Positions 29,966 through 43,906 of a DNA stretch of 64,000 nt are shown here, one piece after another; position 1 is the first letter of the stretch, and each line of letters opens with the position of its first letter. The stretch lies in the NCBI RefSeq assembly GCF_009914755.1, contig NC_060934.1; one strand, written 5' to 3'. Source of the DNA: the human T2T-CHM13v2.0 reference genome, Homo sapiens. The position numbers were made by a program, and so were the translations under genes. A model generated the notes under the pieces. It was given only the letters and a program-made list of their open reading frames with translations. It made no database searches and was not told where the DNA came from.

Positions 29966-30930
29966 CACAATTTATTTTCCCACTTATCCAATGGGTAACA
30001 ATACTTTGCTTCCATATCATGGCTATTGTAAATAATGCTGCAATAAGCAGGAGAGTGTAGGTATCATTATGAAGTAATGACTCCCAGATTGCTCGGTCAT
30101 ATTGTAGTTCTATTTTTAGTTTCTTAAGGAACAGCTATACTCTTTTCCACAATGGCTACATTAATCTAAATTCCCACCAAGAGTATATCAGGGTTCCCTT
30201 TTCTCCACATCCTCACCAACACTTATCTCTTGATATTTTTATAAGGGCCATCCTAACAAGTGTGAGGTAATATCTCGTTGTGGTGTTGACTTGCATTTCC
30301 CTGATCATTAGTGATCTTGAGCACCTTTTCATATACCTACTAGCCATTTTACATCTTTGGAGAAATGTCTATTCAAGTCCTTTGCTCACTTTTTAAATTA
30401 GGTTTTTCATTTTTATTGCTATCAAGTTGGATAATTCCCATATATATTGGATACTAACACCCAATTAGATATATGGTTCACAAATATTTTCTCCTAATCC
30501 GTATGCTGCTTTTACATTTTGTTGACTATTTGCTGTGCAGAAGCTTTTTAGTTTGATTTACTCCCACTTGTTTGCTTCTCTTGCCTACACTTTTGGAGTT
30601 CTATCAAAAAAAAAAAAAAAAACATTGTTAAGACCAATGTCAAGGAGCATTTCCTCTTTTCTCTAGGAGTTTTTCAGTTTCAGGTCTTATGTTTGGGTCT
30701 TTAATTTATTTTGAGTTGATTTTGTGTATAGTATGAGTCCAATTTCATTCTTTTGCATATGGATATTCAGTTTTCCAAACACCATTTATTTCCCCATTGT
30801 GTCTTCTTGGCTCCACTGTTGAAAATGAGTTGGCTACATATGCTTAGTTTTATTTCTGGGCTTTCTATTATGTTCTGTTGCTCTATGTTCCTGTTTTCAA
30901 GCCAGTACCATACTGTTTTAGTTACTATAG
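29609..30930 (-). mobile_element. L1MA-type 3' region lacking its extreme 3' end
   Basis: TTTGTACCCTTTGACC, GGCTTATTTCACTTAGCATAATG, GCTGTGCAGAAGCTTTTTAGTTTGAT; peptide TKTVWYWLENRNIEQQNIIESPEI. Confidence 0.88.
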
Positions 30931-30933
30931 ATT

Positions 30934-30965
<32 letters not shown>

Positions 30966-31011
30966 TACACACACATATACATATATATATACACACACAC
31001 ATATATATATA

Positions 31012-31280
31012 TTGTTTCTTCATTTTTCTTTTAAATTACATAGTAGGAAAAATAATTACAAGTAAAAATAAATTTATACTGTATTTTTATATTTAGGTAT
31101 ATGTTACCTTTATTTTCCGTATGAATTTGTGTTACTGCCAAGTATTCTTTCCTTTTCAGCCCACAGAACTTCCTTTAATATTTTTATGACAAGGTCTACA
31201 AATGAGTAATTCTCTAATTTTTTATCTGGTATTGTCTTAAATTTTCCTTTCATTTTTATGGCCTATTTTTTTCTGAATAG
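31012..31280 (-). mobile_element. L1M ORF1 C-terminus/inter-ORF fragment (inverted relative to neighbours)
   Basis: Reverse complement reads AAAAATGAAAGGAAAATTTAAGACAATACCAGATAAA..ATTAAAGGAAGTTCTGTGGGCTGAAA. Confidence 0.6.
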
Positions 31281-31673
31281 AGTGCACCAATATACTTAAA
31301 ATGGCAGTCCCACAAAGAGAGGAGAAAGAGAAAAAGGAAAATAATTTTTAAAGATATACTGGCCAAAGACTTTCCAAATTTGAAGAAACATGTGAAACTA
31401 CAGAGCCAAGAAGCTCAACAACTTCCAGTTAAGATAAATTTAAAAAGACACACAGTAACACATTGTAATCAAACTGTTGAAAGCCAAAACAAAGAAAGAA
31501 TCTTGAAATCAGTAGCAAAGAAGTGATTTATCATATATGAAGGATCTTCAATAACAGTAATAGGCAATTTCTCATCAAAAACCATAGAGGCAGGAATACA
31601 ATGAGATGACAAGGTCAAAGTCCTGGGGCAGAGAAATAAAAACAAACCTGTCAAACAAGAATTCTTCATCCAG
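31281..31673 (+). mobile_element. Old L1M ORF1 middle region
   Basis: ACTTTCCAAATTTGAAG, CAAGAAGCTCAACAACTTCCAG, AATTTCTCATCAAAAACCATAGAGGC, CAAGAATTCTTCATCCAG. Confidence 0.8.
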
Positions 31674-32242
31674 GGGAACAGTGTTGAATCTTAGTTGACA
31701 TATAATTCAACTGATGGAAACGAAAGTGTGTGTCTGTTGGAAGAGTAGTCTTTTAGACCTGAGAATGCTCTGCTACTCTGAGATATAGAGTGCCATTGAC
31801 ATCAGTCTGGAAGCCTTATGGTCTGAGTGGACTAGATAATTAATCTATTTAGTAGATTAATTATGCTTTCCTCACAAACCACTACTCAGTTAATGTCTCC
31901 TGGACATGGTTCATAAGAAATCTTTGAGGAGTCATTTGCCTATATGCAAGTCAGCAAAATGTGAGTTTGAATCTGTTCTGTCTTTCCTTGTCCCTTATGC
32001 ATGTTTCGTTTGTAGCATTCTACCTCTCCTCATCTTTCTACGTCTTCTCATCCTGTAACCTCTTACACAGGATTTGATTCTGAGCAGGATAACACACTCA
32101 AGTAACTGGCCCATCATTGTCTCTCAGTGGTTCAAAAGAAAAAGAATTGAGTGAATAAATCAAGTTCACCTTCCCAAAAGATGTTGCCTACCTTTCTGAA
32201 GGACCAGGACCCTCCACTTTCATAGCTTGAGTGTAAATAGCA

Positions 32243-32259
32243 ATGACCCCCTAGCGGAT
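32243..32259 (-). promoter_or_regulatory. Candidate CTCF site (weaker)
   Basis: Reverse complement ATCCGCTAGGGGGTCAT; retains a CpG in CpG-poor DNA. Confidence 0.4.
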
Positions 32260-33119
32260 GACCTTCAGAAAGTATATCCCACAAGACTGCTGGGAATTGT
32301 ATGCCTGAGGAAGATGATCATTAATCCAGAATTATTCATGTTATATTGAATGCAAAAAGTGAGATTTCTGGATCAAGTCAGAATATTATACTTTCTAGTG
32401 TGATGTGACAAGAGGCAGGTGGACAGGACTTTACATTCAAAAGAGCATTTTGACACTAACAAAGAAGGACCCAGAGGTTCTAAATCTAAGAACTTATATA
32501 CATATTTTTGAGAAAGGTAGAAAAACCTTTGCTCTGTAGGATAAATAAATTCTCTTGAGAAGAGAGATTCTAGGTTCTTGGCTTCTTAACACTTTGGAAC
32601 AGAAATAAGGGTCTCCAGGAATAAAATAAGACAATCCTTCTGGATTTACAACCCTTAAAATGTCTCCATGGTCCTGTGTTTCATCCCTCCATGTAATGTA
32701 AACACATACCTCAGGGAGGTGAATCTCTCCAGAATAGCCTGTCACTATCTTACCATCCTTTAACTTCCAAGGTGATTCCTTTAACCCAATTACCAGGTTT
32801 CTTTCTTCAAAAAGGCCTAATCATGCAGAAACTTTAAAATCTGTTTTCTACAGTCCCATAGGTGTACTTCCGTCATTACTAGCAGCCTCTGCTGTGCAGT
32901 GCTGTTCAAAGATTGGCACTGCCCACATTTGTATTTCAATGTGAACTGTATAACTTGAAAAAAAAAAAAAACTCCTGTAGCACCCATGTATATCTCTATT
33001 CCTGACTTAGCCTAGACACTCAGATTCTGAGACATTCTTTCATGATCATGGATCTATGGCTCATTTTCTGGCTATTGAAAATGACTCTTCTTTGGGGACA
33101 GACTATCCATAATGGCCCT

Positions 33120-33491
33120 TGCTATGGTTTCAATGTTTCTCCCAAAGTTCATGTTTTGGAAAATTAATCCCCAATGCAACAGTGTTGAGAGGTAGGACCT
33201 TTAAGAGGTGATTAGGTCTTGAGGGCTCTGCCCTCATGAATGAATTAATGTCATTATCACAGGAGTGGGTTCTTTCTTGTGGGAATGGGTTTATCCTAAG
33301 TGAGTTTCAGTCCCCTGGCCATCCACTCTGTTGCCTTCTGCCATGAGATGACACATCAAAAAGGCCTTCACCAGATGACAGCCTCTTGATATTAGATTTT
33401 CCAGCCTCCAGAACTCTGAGAAATAAATTTTATTTCTTTATAAATTACAGTCTTTGGTATTCTGTTATAGACCACAAAACAAACCAAGATA
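33120..33491 (+). mobile_element. MaLR solo LTR (MSTC/MSTD-like)
   Basis: TGCTATGGTTT start; GAGGGCTCTGCCCTCATGAATG; CCAGCCTCCAGAACT..AAATAAATTT; ends CCAAGATA. Confidence 0.88.
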
Positions 33492-33909
33492 GATCTGAAC
33501 AGTAAAAACCCCAGAGTGGTAAAATTCTGAGATGGCTCTTCCTTCTAGCAATACCTTCACACACTCCCCCGCCAGCAGAACTACACCCTACACATACATG
33601 CATACAAATTTACTCCCAAGAATTAAATATTTTCTATAGGTTGAGTGCACATAGAAAACACTTTACAACAAAGAAATGTGTTTTGTGCAAATATGTGCAC
33701 ATTCAGCAAATATTTGAGTGCTACAGAATAAGAAGAGCCTTGAGAAAAATCACTCCAAAGTTTTAATCTGTGTTGATATTCCCGTCATTTTAATTTGGTA
33801 AGAAAGAAGCTGATAAGTGAACTCCAAAAGTTCATAATGGTCTCAGAAGTTATAGAGAATAAGCAAGCATATGTATAAATTAAAAATTATTTTTCCTGTA
33901 CTTTTAAGA

Positions 33910-34350
33910 TAAGTACTTGAGTGCTTAACATGTGTTACAAAAACCTTGGATGGTCTGACCTTTGCTCCCATTTCTAGTTTCACTACCCTGTGCTTTAAAC
34001 TCCAGCCAAACCAGCCTGCCTTTATTTATTCAAGGATAACACTCTTTCTTCTACTTTATGATGTTTGTAATTTCTTTACCCCTTTCCCAAAACATTTTTT
34101 TACATTTCCCCAGCTTGGTATAAATAAATTTCTTTGCATATATTTTGCCTTACACTTAAGTTCTATTTACTTAAAATTGTTAATCCTGATTGAAATTATG
34201 CTTGGTTTGTGTGACTACTTGATTAATTGTATCTCCTCCACCAGACATTTGTTCCCTGAGAACAGGGACCATATGTTTATGTCACCTATTTTATTCCCAG
34301 TATATAGGATAACGTCTGACATGTAGGTCCTTAATAATTTTGGAAAATAG
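33910..34350 (+). mobile_element. L2 3' fragment
   Basis: GTATCTCCTCCACCAGAC..CCCTGAGAACAGGGACC..CCCAGTA..GACATGTAGGTCCTTAATAA. Confidence 0.7.
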
Positions 34351-34479
34351 AGTTTGTAAATAAGTCAGAAAAGTATTTACTTAGAAAAAACAAAGTTGTG
34401 AGTCCCTGTTTATCAGCATTCACGAAAGCCATTTACAAGGTCTATTGGGAGAAGGTACAATGAAAAGAGGGACTGAGAA

Positions 34480-34860
34480 TAAACTATGATATTTATTCTC
34501 AAGAAACCAATGTCTAGTAGAAGAGATACAATTAATCAAATAATCACACAAACCAAGTACAATTTCAATCAGAGAGTAAACCTTCAGGTTTTTTCTGGTC
34601 AGAGAAAGATCCTGGCCAGAGAAGTATGCTGCTGCAAAGGAGTCCGACAATAAATACAATTGCTGGGACAAAAACCATAAGACTGTGGTGTTGTGGAGCA
34701 AGTGGATAGTCTGTTTCAACAGGGATGGAGGGCCTAAGGAAAGATCAAGCAAGGCAAATACTGAAAATTATGCATTGGATTTAGCAACCAGTGGTCACTA
34801 GCAGCTATAGTGAAAGTTGAAATGACAGCTAAAGGAGAAGAAGCCATATATAATCAGCAA
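34480..34860 (-). mobile_element. L2 fragment in opposite orientation
   Basis: 34496-34572 is the reverse complement of 34186-34262; AAGATCAAGCAAGGCAAATACTGAAAA..CATTGGATTTAGCAAC is L2-like. Confidence 0.6.
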
Positions 34861-35637
34861 AGCTCAGACCCAATGCTGAACTACAGACTCTAAAAGAATT
34901 TTCACCTCAGAAATTATCACTTAAAATAAGCAATTTTGTCTAATATCATTTTTAGACAATATAGCACAGTATAGATGTGAACCTTATAGAGGCTTCCCAA
35001 AATAATTACCTATTAGTAATCCATTCAGTTATCTTTATTCCTGTTGCTTGGCTTTATTTCATACTTCCTAGTATGAAAGCACAACACATAGCAGATTTCT
35101 TTCTAAAAAGCATGGCAACATATCCTGGGCTATACTCTGTTTGCTAATAATCCATCTCATAGCTCTTGTGAGTGCATAATACTCATTGAAATCAATAAGA
35201 ATTACGGGCACAGAAGTGCTGCAAGGCTAAGTTTTTAAACTCAAGAATATATTGTCCATACACAGCCAAATAGCACTTGGATAGTCTGTGAATATAATTA
35301 TAATATAACCCATTATGTCTTCTTTCAGAGAGAAAGAAAAAAATGACGTAAATTTAAACATAGCATATTCTGGAAACAGTATGCTTATGGAACAGCCAGA
35401 GAGATTTTCAAAACTTGATCATCTAAATGCAGAGAACAGTTTCAAGGTATGAGCAATGCATTAAGAGGCCACAGATTTGGGCCACATGAATGACCTGGGA
35501 GACACTTTTTAAAACAGCACAAAAATAGCACAAAAGTAGCACATTTTTCTTTGTAAAATATTTCAGTAAAATAATTATGCCTACATTTCTCACTAAACAT
35601 TTGCTGTGCCCAAATGGATAGATTTCAAATAGAAACA

Positions 35638-35944
<307 letters not shown>

Positions 35945-37597
35945 CTAAACAAACTTACCATTGAGTGAAATTTACACATTACAAGAATTTAAAACAGACA
36001 TATGGAAAAGGACAATATCGACTGTGTCTTTTTTCTCAGATTTATGGTGTACATACATTCTATTCTCTGTCCTCATACAGTGGTCCATGAGACATGGGTC
36101 CTCACAGCACCTCATTATTCACCAGCTGAAGCCTAGTTTTTCTAGACCAGCACTGGAAGAACCAGGTTAAGTACATTTATGTTGAAAATCAGGCTCTATC
36201 CTGCCTTTTCCCCACCACAAAGGTGAAGAGAATCCCTCAGTATATTTTATGTTATGCAATCAATGCAAAGGAATGAACTTTGTTCTAGGCATAAAAATAA
36301 CTTAATTTGCTGTATGAAGTACAACCGAGGATGCCTCACTTCATGCTGTATCTGCATGCATACTTTCAAAATGACATTAAATAATTTAGGTAGACTTGGG
36401 CATATACATGTTTAGTTTAGATGGAATACCTAATAAAACTAAAAGGAGCTTGATCATATTGGCCACTGATAAATGGAGCCTACAGATGTCACTGCAACTA
36501 GATATCACTGGGATTTAGAGAACAGATCAAGAGCTTCCCTGTATCTTTTTTGTTTAAAAAAAGATGACCCTTTATTTTCTCTATATATAACACTACTGAA
36601 AAGAGGTTCATTGAGACTTTCTCATCAATCAGAACTATCTAAAATGCAATCTTACAGCTGCTATATGATATACCACCAGTGTGAAATAAATAGGAAAGGA
36701 AAGATTAAAAAGGCAATATTTACATTTAGCTAAGATTATGAGTACTCTCTGATATCATGGATAATGTAAATAATATTAAAATGAATATTATTGCAGACTA
36801 ATTCATTTGTATTGTTATGATCAAATAGTTTTGGAGATACGTACATAATAGCCCTGTCTCAGTTAGCAGTGTAGTGACATTTATTCAATACCAATAATAA
36901 ACCAGGTGCTGCAACAGAAGCAGACCAGATGGTCCAGGAGTTTCCACATGAGAGAGCAAACTTGGGCAAGTCTTTGAATGCATTTTATTTCAATCTTTCC
37001 TTTATTGCAATGGAAAGCTGTCAACAGGAGTAAGTCTCTATGCTGCTTAAGGTAGAATGAGATTAATGGAGCATTATCAATATCTCCACTAATTTTTATT
37101 GCATATGTTGCCTTGGGCACAAGTTCTATTTTTATGGTAAGAGGAACATATATACAGAATGTTAACAGATTCTGAAAAAGCAACATCCTGCTGGGTGAAC
37201 ACATGTTAGCCATTGCCACAGTAGTGAACTATAAATTAATATTTTAAAGAACTGCCATTTGTGTGTAAAAATATCGATCTATAATTGTTTCTTAGCTACA
37301 CACACATACACACACAAAGCAATTGGATGTTCTTAGCAAGAATATTCATATCAGAAGAATTCTAAATGCTTCAAACGAGGAAATTATTAAAAGAAAATAA
37401 TATAATGTTTACATAAAAATTCTATGTAGTTATTAAAAGAATGGGGTTTATAATAAGATTCCAAATTGGAAAGATATACAGAGTGTATTGTAAAATGACA
37501 AAAAATAGTGAAAGAAAGTTTAAGAGAATATAAAGCAAAGGTTAAACATTTGGAAATCTATAAAGTCTAGCAAGATAACATTAATGAGAAAAGTAGG

Positions 37598-38300
37598 AAT
37601 CCAAGCTGATTTTCCCTAGAAAAGAATCTTAGACAAAGCTTACGTGCTAATACTTTATTTAGAGCTGCAATCCCGAACCAGCAAGCACAGGGAAAGGAAA
37701 GAGAGGCATAAAAAGTGAGGCAAAGTCAAGGTTTATCTGGCCACAACTTCAGGAAAAGACCCAACTGGTTGCTTGGCCATAGAGGACATCACGTCTTTAG
37801 GGAAGCCAACCAGAAACTCCATGCCTCTGTATATCAGAGGAAGTAAAGGAATGGAATTTATTTGCTAACTCTAGATGTCTTCTTCCCTCCCTTACTGATT
37901 CACATTAGGATTAACTCAGGAACTAACTCCCTCACTTTCAGGTTACATCACCTGGCCCCTTAGGTGGCTTCTGAGAAAACCAAATCTCATGTCCTGTTGA
38001 AGGACACTTTACATGAGTAAAGTAAGAATAGAATGGAGAGCCTCTTTAAATCTGACTAGGTTGATGGCCAGAGCTATTATGGCTCCTGGCAGGCAGAACG
38101 GAGCAATGGAGGCCATACCAGGAAGCCCATTACTCACCCCAGTAGCAGCCAAGACACACAGAAGTGTTAGAATCTGAGGTAGATTCAGCTGCAGTGGTGA
38201 CACCAGCAACCAGGATCCTCCATGAGCTAGTGAATGGGGGCCCAGTAGACAGATGAAGCTGAGTAAATCAGAGCAGGCTCATGAATTGAACCTGGTATGT
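37598..38300. mobile_element. Probable old ERVL-type LTR
   Basis: GC-richer block with CTTAGACAAAGCTTACGTGCTAATACTTTATT..CAATCCC; family not resolved. Confidence 0.4.
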
Positions 38301-38676
38301 TAGGCAGGACAAATTACAGCTAACACATATCCAGTGATCATGAGGAGTGTGGAAAGTGTGAAGAACATAAGACAGCATGCTGCTACCCAGCTCTAGGAAA
38401 CTACTACCATGCAAGGATATTGGTCTATGTCACCTGACTTTCCAATTTTTCAAAAAGACTATACCTTCATTTTCCCAGTGAGAATAATCACCTACAAACT
38501 GGATCTCTAGAGTTTTTTTACATAAAAGAGAATTTCTAAATATTGGCTTATCAAAAAAAACAAAACAGAGTGTAGACTAAAAAGAGATCTGTTTATGAGT
38601 TATACTCAACCCATAGGTTACTGTTTTACAAACTCTGATGTATAAAACAAATGCGTTTAAGAACTCAATCCAAATC

Positions 38677-38722
<46 letters not shown>

Positions 38723-38733
38723 ATCTATCTATC
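38677..38733. repeat. (TCTA)n TCA (TCTA)2 tetranucleotide STR
   Basis: Directly visible; likely length-polymorphic. Confidence 0.95.
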
Positions 38734-39769
38734 CACGTTGCTCTCCAGGTTCATACATGCAAAAGAAATGATCAGCTACTTTGATCTCATAAACCTAGAC
38801 AAACACATAACTCTATCACATAACTTTATCATAACTAACCTCTAATTATTCAATTATACCTTCATTTATCCAACAAGAATAATCACCTGCAAAAAAAGTA
38901 TACTCTATTAATGTATAAAATGTTCCCATTAATTAGTAATATAAATCAATATGTGGACAAGATATCAGATTTCTGTCTTCCTAGAGACCAAGAGGCCAGT
39001 GAAAGCCAAGAAGAATGTCCTTAAGTAGAAATTCTCAAAAACATGTCACAAAGAATTTTAGTTTCATTTGAGGTCCAGGGATTATGGAAATAAAAGCAAG
39101 ACTAGTAAGGGCCCGCTGTTTTATGGTGCGCTGTTCTTCCTAAGACAAACACCAGCTTCATGTAAGCCTCCAGGCTTAAGGTGATACAGAAAGACCTATG
39201 CTTACCAACTTGAAAAAATAAAAATTTCAATTCAGAGATGATAGGAAGAAGTAACATACGAGAGAAATATACAGGAAAATAACTCTAAGGAGGCAAAGGT
39301 GAATAAAAATCATTAGTAAGTGACTCATTTTTTGTAGGAGGAGAAAAATAGGGTTGAAAATAAAGGCTTCATCTTTTGTTCCTCAGATAGAGACTAACTG
39401 TACATCTGATTCTTCTGAGGATTGAGAAAGCAAATTTTACTATCTCCCTTTTTGTTTCCCTGTGTAAAGACAATTAAATTTCAGTTTATTTCTCTCTGTG
39501 TGGGGATTGCTCAAACATTTTTTCAATATTCCAAATTGTATTGACATCTCTCATCCAAGGAAAGCTTTTTTCCTTAATTCTATTCTCTTGTGTTGATATA
39601 TTTTTTCAAAGCGTTTTTAATGAGATCTGAAGAAAGAGCCAAGTTTAATCTGCATATAATCTGTCATCTGAAACTATCGGAAGGACAACCCTTAGTTTTG
39701 CAAATTCTTTCATGGAAGATTAATTATAAGAGGAATCTACCTGATTAATTTGGTGAATTGGTGTAGTCC

Positions 39770-40100
39770 TTGTAGCAAAACCAGACAAGAAGAAAACAAG
39801 AAAATAAAAACATAGATGAGTATCACTTAGGTACACAGCAGAAATATTAAATAAAATGCTACTAGCAAATTGAATCTGCTAGACTGTGAATAATAATAAT
39901 GATCTCAGAAATACAAGATTATTTAACATCAGATAATCTATAAAAAATTTACCATATTTATAAAGAAAAACACATCTTCCCAATAGTTTTCAATTAAATT
40001 CTACATTCATTAATAATTAAAGACTTAGCAAATATGAAACAAAGAGAAACCTCCTCAGCCAAATAAAAATTATCTATCCAAAAATGTATAGCATATATAA
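39770..40100 (+). mobile_element. Highly decayed L1 ORF2 fragment
   Basis: CAAAACCAGACAAG..GCAGAAATATTAAATAAAATG..CTAGCAAAT resembles the [14 protein letters not shown] region. Confidence 0.6.
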
Positions 40101-40798
40101 TTATATACAATGTACTTTATGTAATATATTTTCCAAAAGTCCTATGAGCGAACATTGTAACTTCATGATTATTGCATTGTCTTCATCATTTTAGTGAGAA
40201 CACATAATATTGCTGGATCTTATTCTTCCTTTTGAAGGTTTTGAAGAAATATGTTTTCATTCAGCTGGACTTCTAGATAATTAAGATGATAGAGTAGTTT
40301 TTCAACTGCTTTAGGAATAAGTGTGAGTAGCCAGCACTTGAAAATCAAATCTGCCTTTTATCCTGCCCAAGACAAGTTTTCCTTTTTTGCTGAAGAGTTG
40401 TTTCCATCACGGGAATAATGTTCCTTGATGCTAACATGACTCCCTACTTTGTTTTCCAGCCTGAATTTCTAAATTGGCACTAGATCCTTGGCTTACCTTC
40501 TCGGAGGAGGCTGGATTCAAAGGTGATCCTAGGTGCTCTTACTAAATCAGTTAGCATAGAGCTAGTGGAAACATCAATGGTTTTACATAAAAAATTTCAA
40601 AGATTGACTGTATTAAAAGCATTATAATATAACATAGTACATTGTTTTCAACCTACTCTCACGAAATACCAGCTGCCCAAATTAATATACTTCCTTTCTG
40701 GTAGTTGACTCTTGTGTTTTTGTTTGTTTGTTTTTAAGCACACAAAGGGAATGCATTTGTGTATATTCTTTAAAGTGTCATACTAACACACATTTTAA

Positions 40799-41259
<461 letters not shown>

Positions 41260-41511
41260 AATAGTTATCTTTTTAACTAAATTCCTATGGGCATCAAATG
41301 AACAGGAAGTAGCGTTCAGATAAATGGCATATTATTGATTGATTTTAAACACCTTTCTACAAATTTTAAGTGACAAAGAAGCACATGTATGTACACACAT
41401 GTATGTATGCACGCATACACACGCACACATACACACACACACTCATATATTGTCTTGAAGAGAATCAGGCCTGGGTTGTTTCCAAGAAATCGCCTGAAAG
41501 TGGTTTCATGG

Positions 41512-41576
41512 AGAAGAGGAGAGAAGGGAAGGGAAGGGAAGGGAAGGGAGGGGAGGGGAGGAGAGGGAAGGGAAGG
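41512..41576. repeat. (GGAAG)n/(GGAGG)n purine tract
   Basis: Directly visible. Confidence 0.9.
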
Positions 41577-43085
41577 CTTAAGCACCAGGGGAACAGTGTT
41601 TCATATAAACTCCAGTGAGAAATGGCAGAAAGGCAAGAATACAATTAGAAGAAAAAAGACCACCAAGGTCAACAGAATGAACAGTTTCTGAAGCATGAAC
41701 AAAAGTAAAATAACCTGTAGTGATTACCTGACCGCCAGTTCTTGCAAGGGTTCTGGACATTTTGAGATAGGACTGGAGCTACTAAATGTACTGAAGCGGT
41801 TTGAATAAATACTGAACTAGCCAGTTTTGGAATGATGACTTAAGTTCTATGATGAAGTTCAGTATAAAATATGGATGAGAGTGTCACAATGACTGGACTT
41901 CTCTTCAGAATTGCACTGCGAATGTATCCGATAAAATTTCCTTGATGTAATTTCTAATTTATGACCACGGGCAGTCCTTTTATATTTCTGTTCAATCCTC
42001 CTATTTCTGAAATATGCATATGAATCACATCCCTGTGGTTATAGCATTTTACTGAAATCTGGTTGTATTAAACATTACCCAGCATATAAAATATAATTTA
42101 ATAGCTAAAGCTTAGGCAATATTTTGCTATAAGGCAAATTGCTTTAGGTTGCACTTTGTAGAAAACATTTCACCTACAAATAATGATTTAAGAAATCCAA
42201 ATCAGCCTATCTTCTCATGACCCCAGCATTTAGATTAGTATTTTTCTTATTATCCATTGTTACTGACACCATGAAACCAGTGTTGCCGACCCATGTGACA
42301 CCCTGAAACTCAGTTTCTTTAGCTTGCTTACTACACTGCCTGACTTCATAACAGCACTTATCACTCAGTATTTCTCCATCTCCAAAATCTATAAACTTAT
42401 GTGATTTTAATCCCATTCTCATTACCTAATACATTTCTACTTTATCCACATAAATATCTATATATCCTTACTTATCTAGCTTAATTCTGACTGTTCTTTA
42501 CTCACTACCCAGACAAATATTCAGTTTAGTTGCATCATTATTACCTTCACTAACTGTCTGCCTTCCTAAGGATTTTTTTCCCTCTCTTATCACCATCATC
42601 ATTCCCAATGTTTGCTGGGTTGCTAATAGTTGATCCTGAATCTTTCCTACCACCTTTTTCGGTTGGTGTTAATGTTACTGGCAAAAGGCAGAAGAACTGC
42701 CCTGCTGTAAATTTCGACATCTAATTTCAACCAGAGTTTCATTAGCAATTGGTATTCCTTTATTCACTTTTGTATTGCTTTTCTGATGAATTCTCCAATA
42801 GGCCTATATCTAATCCTTCTCCTCCAACAGCCAAAATCCCACTTTTATTTTCTCAAAAGCAGAAGTTATCAGAAGACATCAGCCACGTGATGTTACTTCT
42901 TTTATCTACTCTCTCCGTATTTCAAAATATTTGTTACGGTAATACCCTTATTTCTCTCTATTAGAATATGTATATCCTATATTTCCAAAGCTTGCCTGCT
43001 GTTTCTTTTAGACTTGCTATAGAACACACAGTTATAACAACTCTTTTGGTTGTTTATACTCATTTGATTGTTGCTGTCTTTTTAC

Positions 43086-43392
43086 TTTTTCTTTTTTTTT
43101 TTTTTTTTTTTTGAGATAGAGTTTCACTCTTGTTGCCCAGGCTAGAGTGCAGTGGTGTGATCTCGGCTCCCTGTGATCTCCACCTCCTGGGTTCAAGTGA
43201 TTCTCTCGCCTCAGCCTCCTGAGTAGCTGGGATTACAGGTGCCTGGCACCATGCCTGGCTAACTTGTATTTTTAGTAGAGACGGGGTTTCACTGTGTTGC
43301 CCAAGTTGGTCTTGAACTCCTGACCTCAGGTGATCCAGCCACCCTGGCCTCCCAAAGTGCTGGGATTATGGTGCGAGCCACCACACCTGGCC
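43086..43392 (-). mobile_element. AluSq/Sp-like
   Basis: GAGTTTCACTCTTGTTGCCCAGG diagnostic; poly-T tail. Confidence 0.95.
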
Positions 43393-43538
43393 TTGCCATC
43401 TATTTTTAACCAAAGAAAGCTATTGCACCTACTGCAAAAGTTTAAACAAATCATTGTTTAACATTTATGTACTCTCTTTTATTTCAAACATCCTACATTG
43501 CTTTTATTTCACAGTTCCATACAATCTCCCCTCAACAC

Positions 43539-43906
43539 TGTTAAATCAAGTTCAGCCTAAAGGTTTCTCAGTACACCGTGAACTAAAACCTAAATGGAAT
43601 TGTAAACAGACGGTAGCCTCCTCTTGTGTCAATCACCAAGTTTTGGCTAAATAAATGTGGCCAACTGTTGTTAGAATCATGTTCAAATAAGGCAAATGCC
43701 AAGGTACAACCAATCTGGCTGTTTCTGTACCAAACTTCCAATTTCTGTGTTTTACTTTTCCTTTTTCTGTCCATAAATCTTCTACCATGTGACTGCGCTG
43801 GAGTCTCTGAGCCTACTCTGGTTCGGTAGGCTGCCTGATTTGTAAATCGTTCTTTGCTCAATTAAACGCTTCTGAATGTAGTTTTGCTCCGGTTTTTCTT
43901 TTAACA
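43539..43906 (+). mobile_element. ERV1 solo LTR (MER57-like)
   Basis: TGTTAAA...TTTAACA termini; TTCAAATAAGGCAAATGCC, AACCAATCTGGCTGTTTCTGTACC; 4-bp TSD ACAC/GCAC. Confidence 0.85.
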
